From contig MU004239.1 in NCBI GenBank assembly GCA_010405405.1, positions 558,001-622,000 of the forward strand: a stretch of 64,000 bases of DNA, given 5' to 3'. Shown piece by piece: positions 63,107-64,000 of this stretch (position 1 is the stretch's first letter; each line of letters opens with the position of its first letter). The notes beneath the pieces are model-generated. The model had not been told where the DNA came from. It did not search any database and was given only the letters and a program-made list of their open reading frames with translations. The stretch comes from Microthyrium microscopicum (taxonomy: Eukaryota). The position numbers and the translations under genes are program-made.

Positions 63107-63871
63107 ATGTTCTTCAACGCAGCCATTCTCGCACTTTCACTCCTTCCCTTCTCCCACGCCCAAGTAAAGGACGATTTCGAAAAGGGTTTGGACGCAGCAG
63201 CATGGCCCATCTACGCACCAGACTGTAATCAAGGCGGAAAAGTCACTCTCGACAGCACAACTGCTCACAGCGGGAAGAACTCTGTTCGAGTGAACGGAGC
63301 AGGTGGATTCTGTGGCCACATTTTCTTCGGTACGACAAAAGTGCCGTCTGGAGATGTCTACGTTCGAGCCTGGATGTAAGTAATAATGAGCGAATATGCT
63401 GCAGGACTAATTCGTGTCTTCTTCAGTAAATCATCCAAAGCCTTCACAGACTCCCACGTAACATTCATAACCATGACAGACGCCGCCCAACCCGCCAAAA
63501 AACACCTCCGCATCGGCGGCCAATCGAAAATCCTCATGTATAACCGCGAATCCGACGATGCCACCCTGCCCAATCTCTCGCCCCAAGGAATTGCTGCGTC
63601 CGCTGCGCTTCCGGCGAATACATGGAAGTGCTTTGAATATCATTTGGGTGCCGATGGCAGTATTGAGACTTGGTTGGATGGCAAGGTTATTCCGGGGTTG
63701 ACGGTTAAGAATGGTGCGGCGAATGCGAATGCGGATCAGTGGAAGAGGGGTGGGTATAAGCCGAAGGTTACGGGCATTTATTTTGGGTGGGAGTCGTATG
63801 GGGGTGATACTAATACGTTTTGGTATGATGATATTAGTGTTGGGTCGACGAGGGCTGGTTGTGATAAGTAA
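63107..63871 (+). CDS. cip1: Secreted Cip1-like protein (cellulose-induced protein 1 core, no CBM1; ~237 aa)
   Basis: Signal peptide, then QVKDDFE..WPIYAPDCNQGGKVTLD..AHSGKNS..GGFCGHIFFG, HLRIGGQSKIL.YNRESDDATLP.LSPQG and FGWESYGGDTNTFWYDD. Intron 63376-63426. Confidence 0.88.
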
Positions 63872-64000
63872 ATGGGCAGTGACTGTTCGAAGTGTAATTG
63901 AAAGAGATGTATGATACAGCAGCAATCAACCTGTACAGTATGCTGCTTCCGGTATACTTGAATGTACTCAAGGAATTGTGAATAACTGGAAGACCAAGCA

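Noticed and set aside
1..64000. CRISPR arrays, rRNA, tRNA, and the numerous antisense ORFs overlapping real genes
   Set aside because: No repeat-spacer array or RNA-gene signature was seen by eye (a tRNAscan-SE/Infernal run would be decisive for small RNAs); antisense ORFs are shadows of GC-rich coding strands.

Overview
Eukaryotic DNA from a filamentous ascomycete (Pezizomycotina; Dothideomycete-like is an inference from gene content). Genes have short GT-AG introns with CTRAY branch sites. I support 18 intact protein-coding genes and one full-length cytochrome P450 with two inactivating lesions; all spliced models were checked by hand and close in frame. Housekeeping and regulatory genes: chromodomain/4xCCCH protein, IES1, SER2, RSA4, mitochondrial MetRS, a cysteine-based phosphatase, sphingolipid C9-methyltransferase, SHPRH/IRC20-like SNF2-RING, PRO1/NosA, SAM-PH protein, aquaporin and PalF/Rim8. 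Accessory-type or uncharacterised genes: a secreted SURNod19/PHM-like putative copper protein, an SRPK-like kinase, an F-box protein, a C2H2 protein, Cip1 and a conserved hypothetical protein. Three AT-rich, RIP-degraded DNA transposons with readable TIRs and target-site duplications surround pro1; two lie in an 11.4-kb gene-free interval upstream of it. The strongest leads are: (1) the secreted protein with type-II copper monooxygenase-like His-His / His-x-His / Met ligands; (2) the chromodomain-CCCH fusion; (3) the P450 whose two lesions both sit at TpA dinucleotides; (4) an in-frame 51-codon extension behind the methyltransferase TAG; (5) an aquaporin with a ~400-aa Q/P/R-rich N-terminus. 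No rRNA, tRNA or CRISPR was seen. Family assignments come from motif recognition, not database searches.
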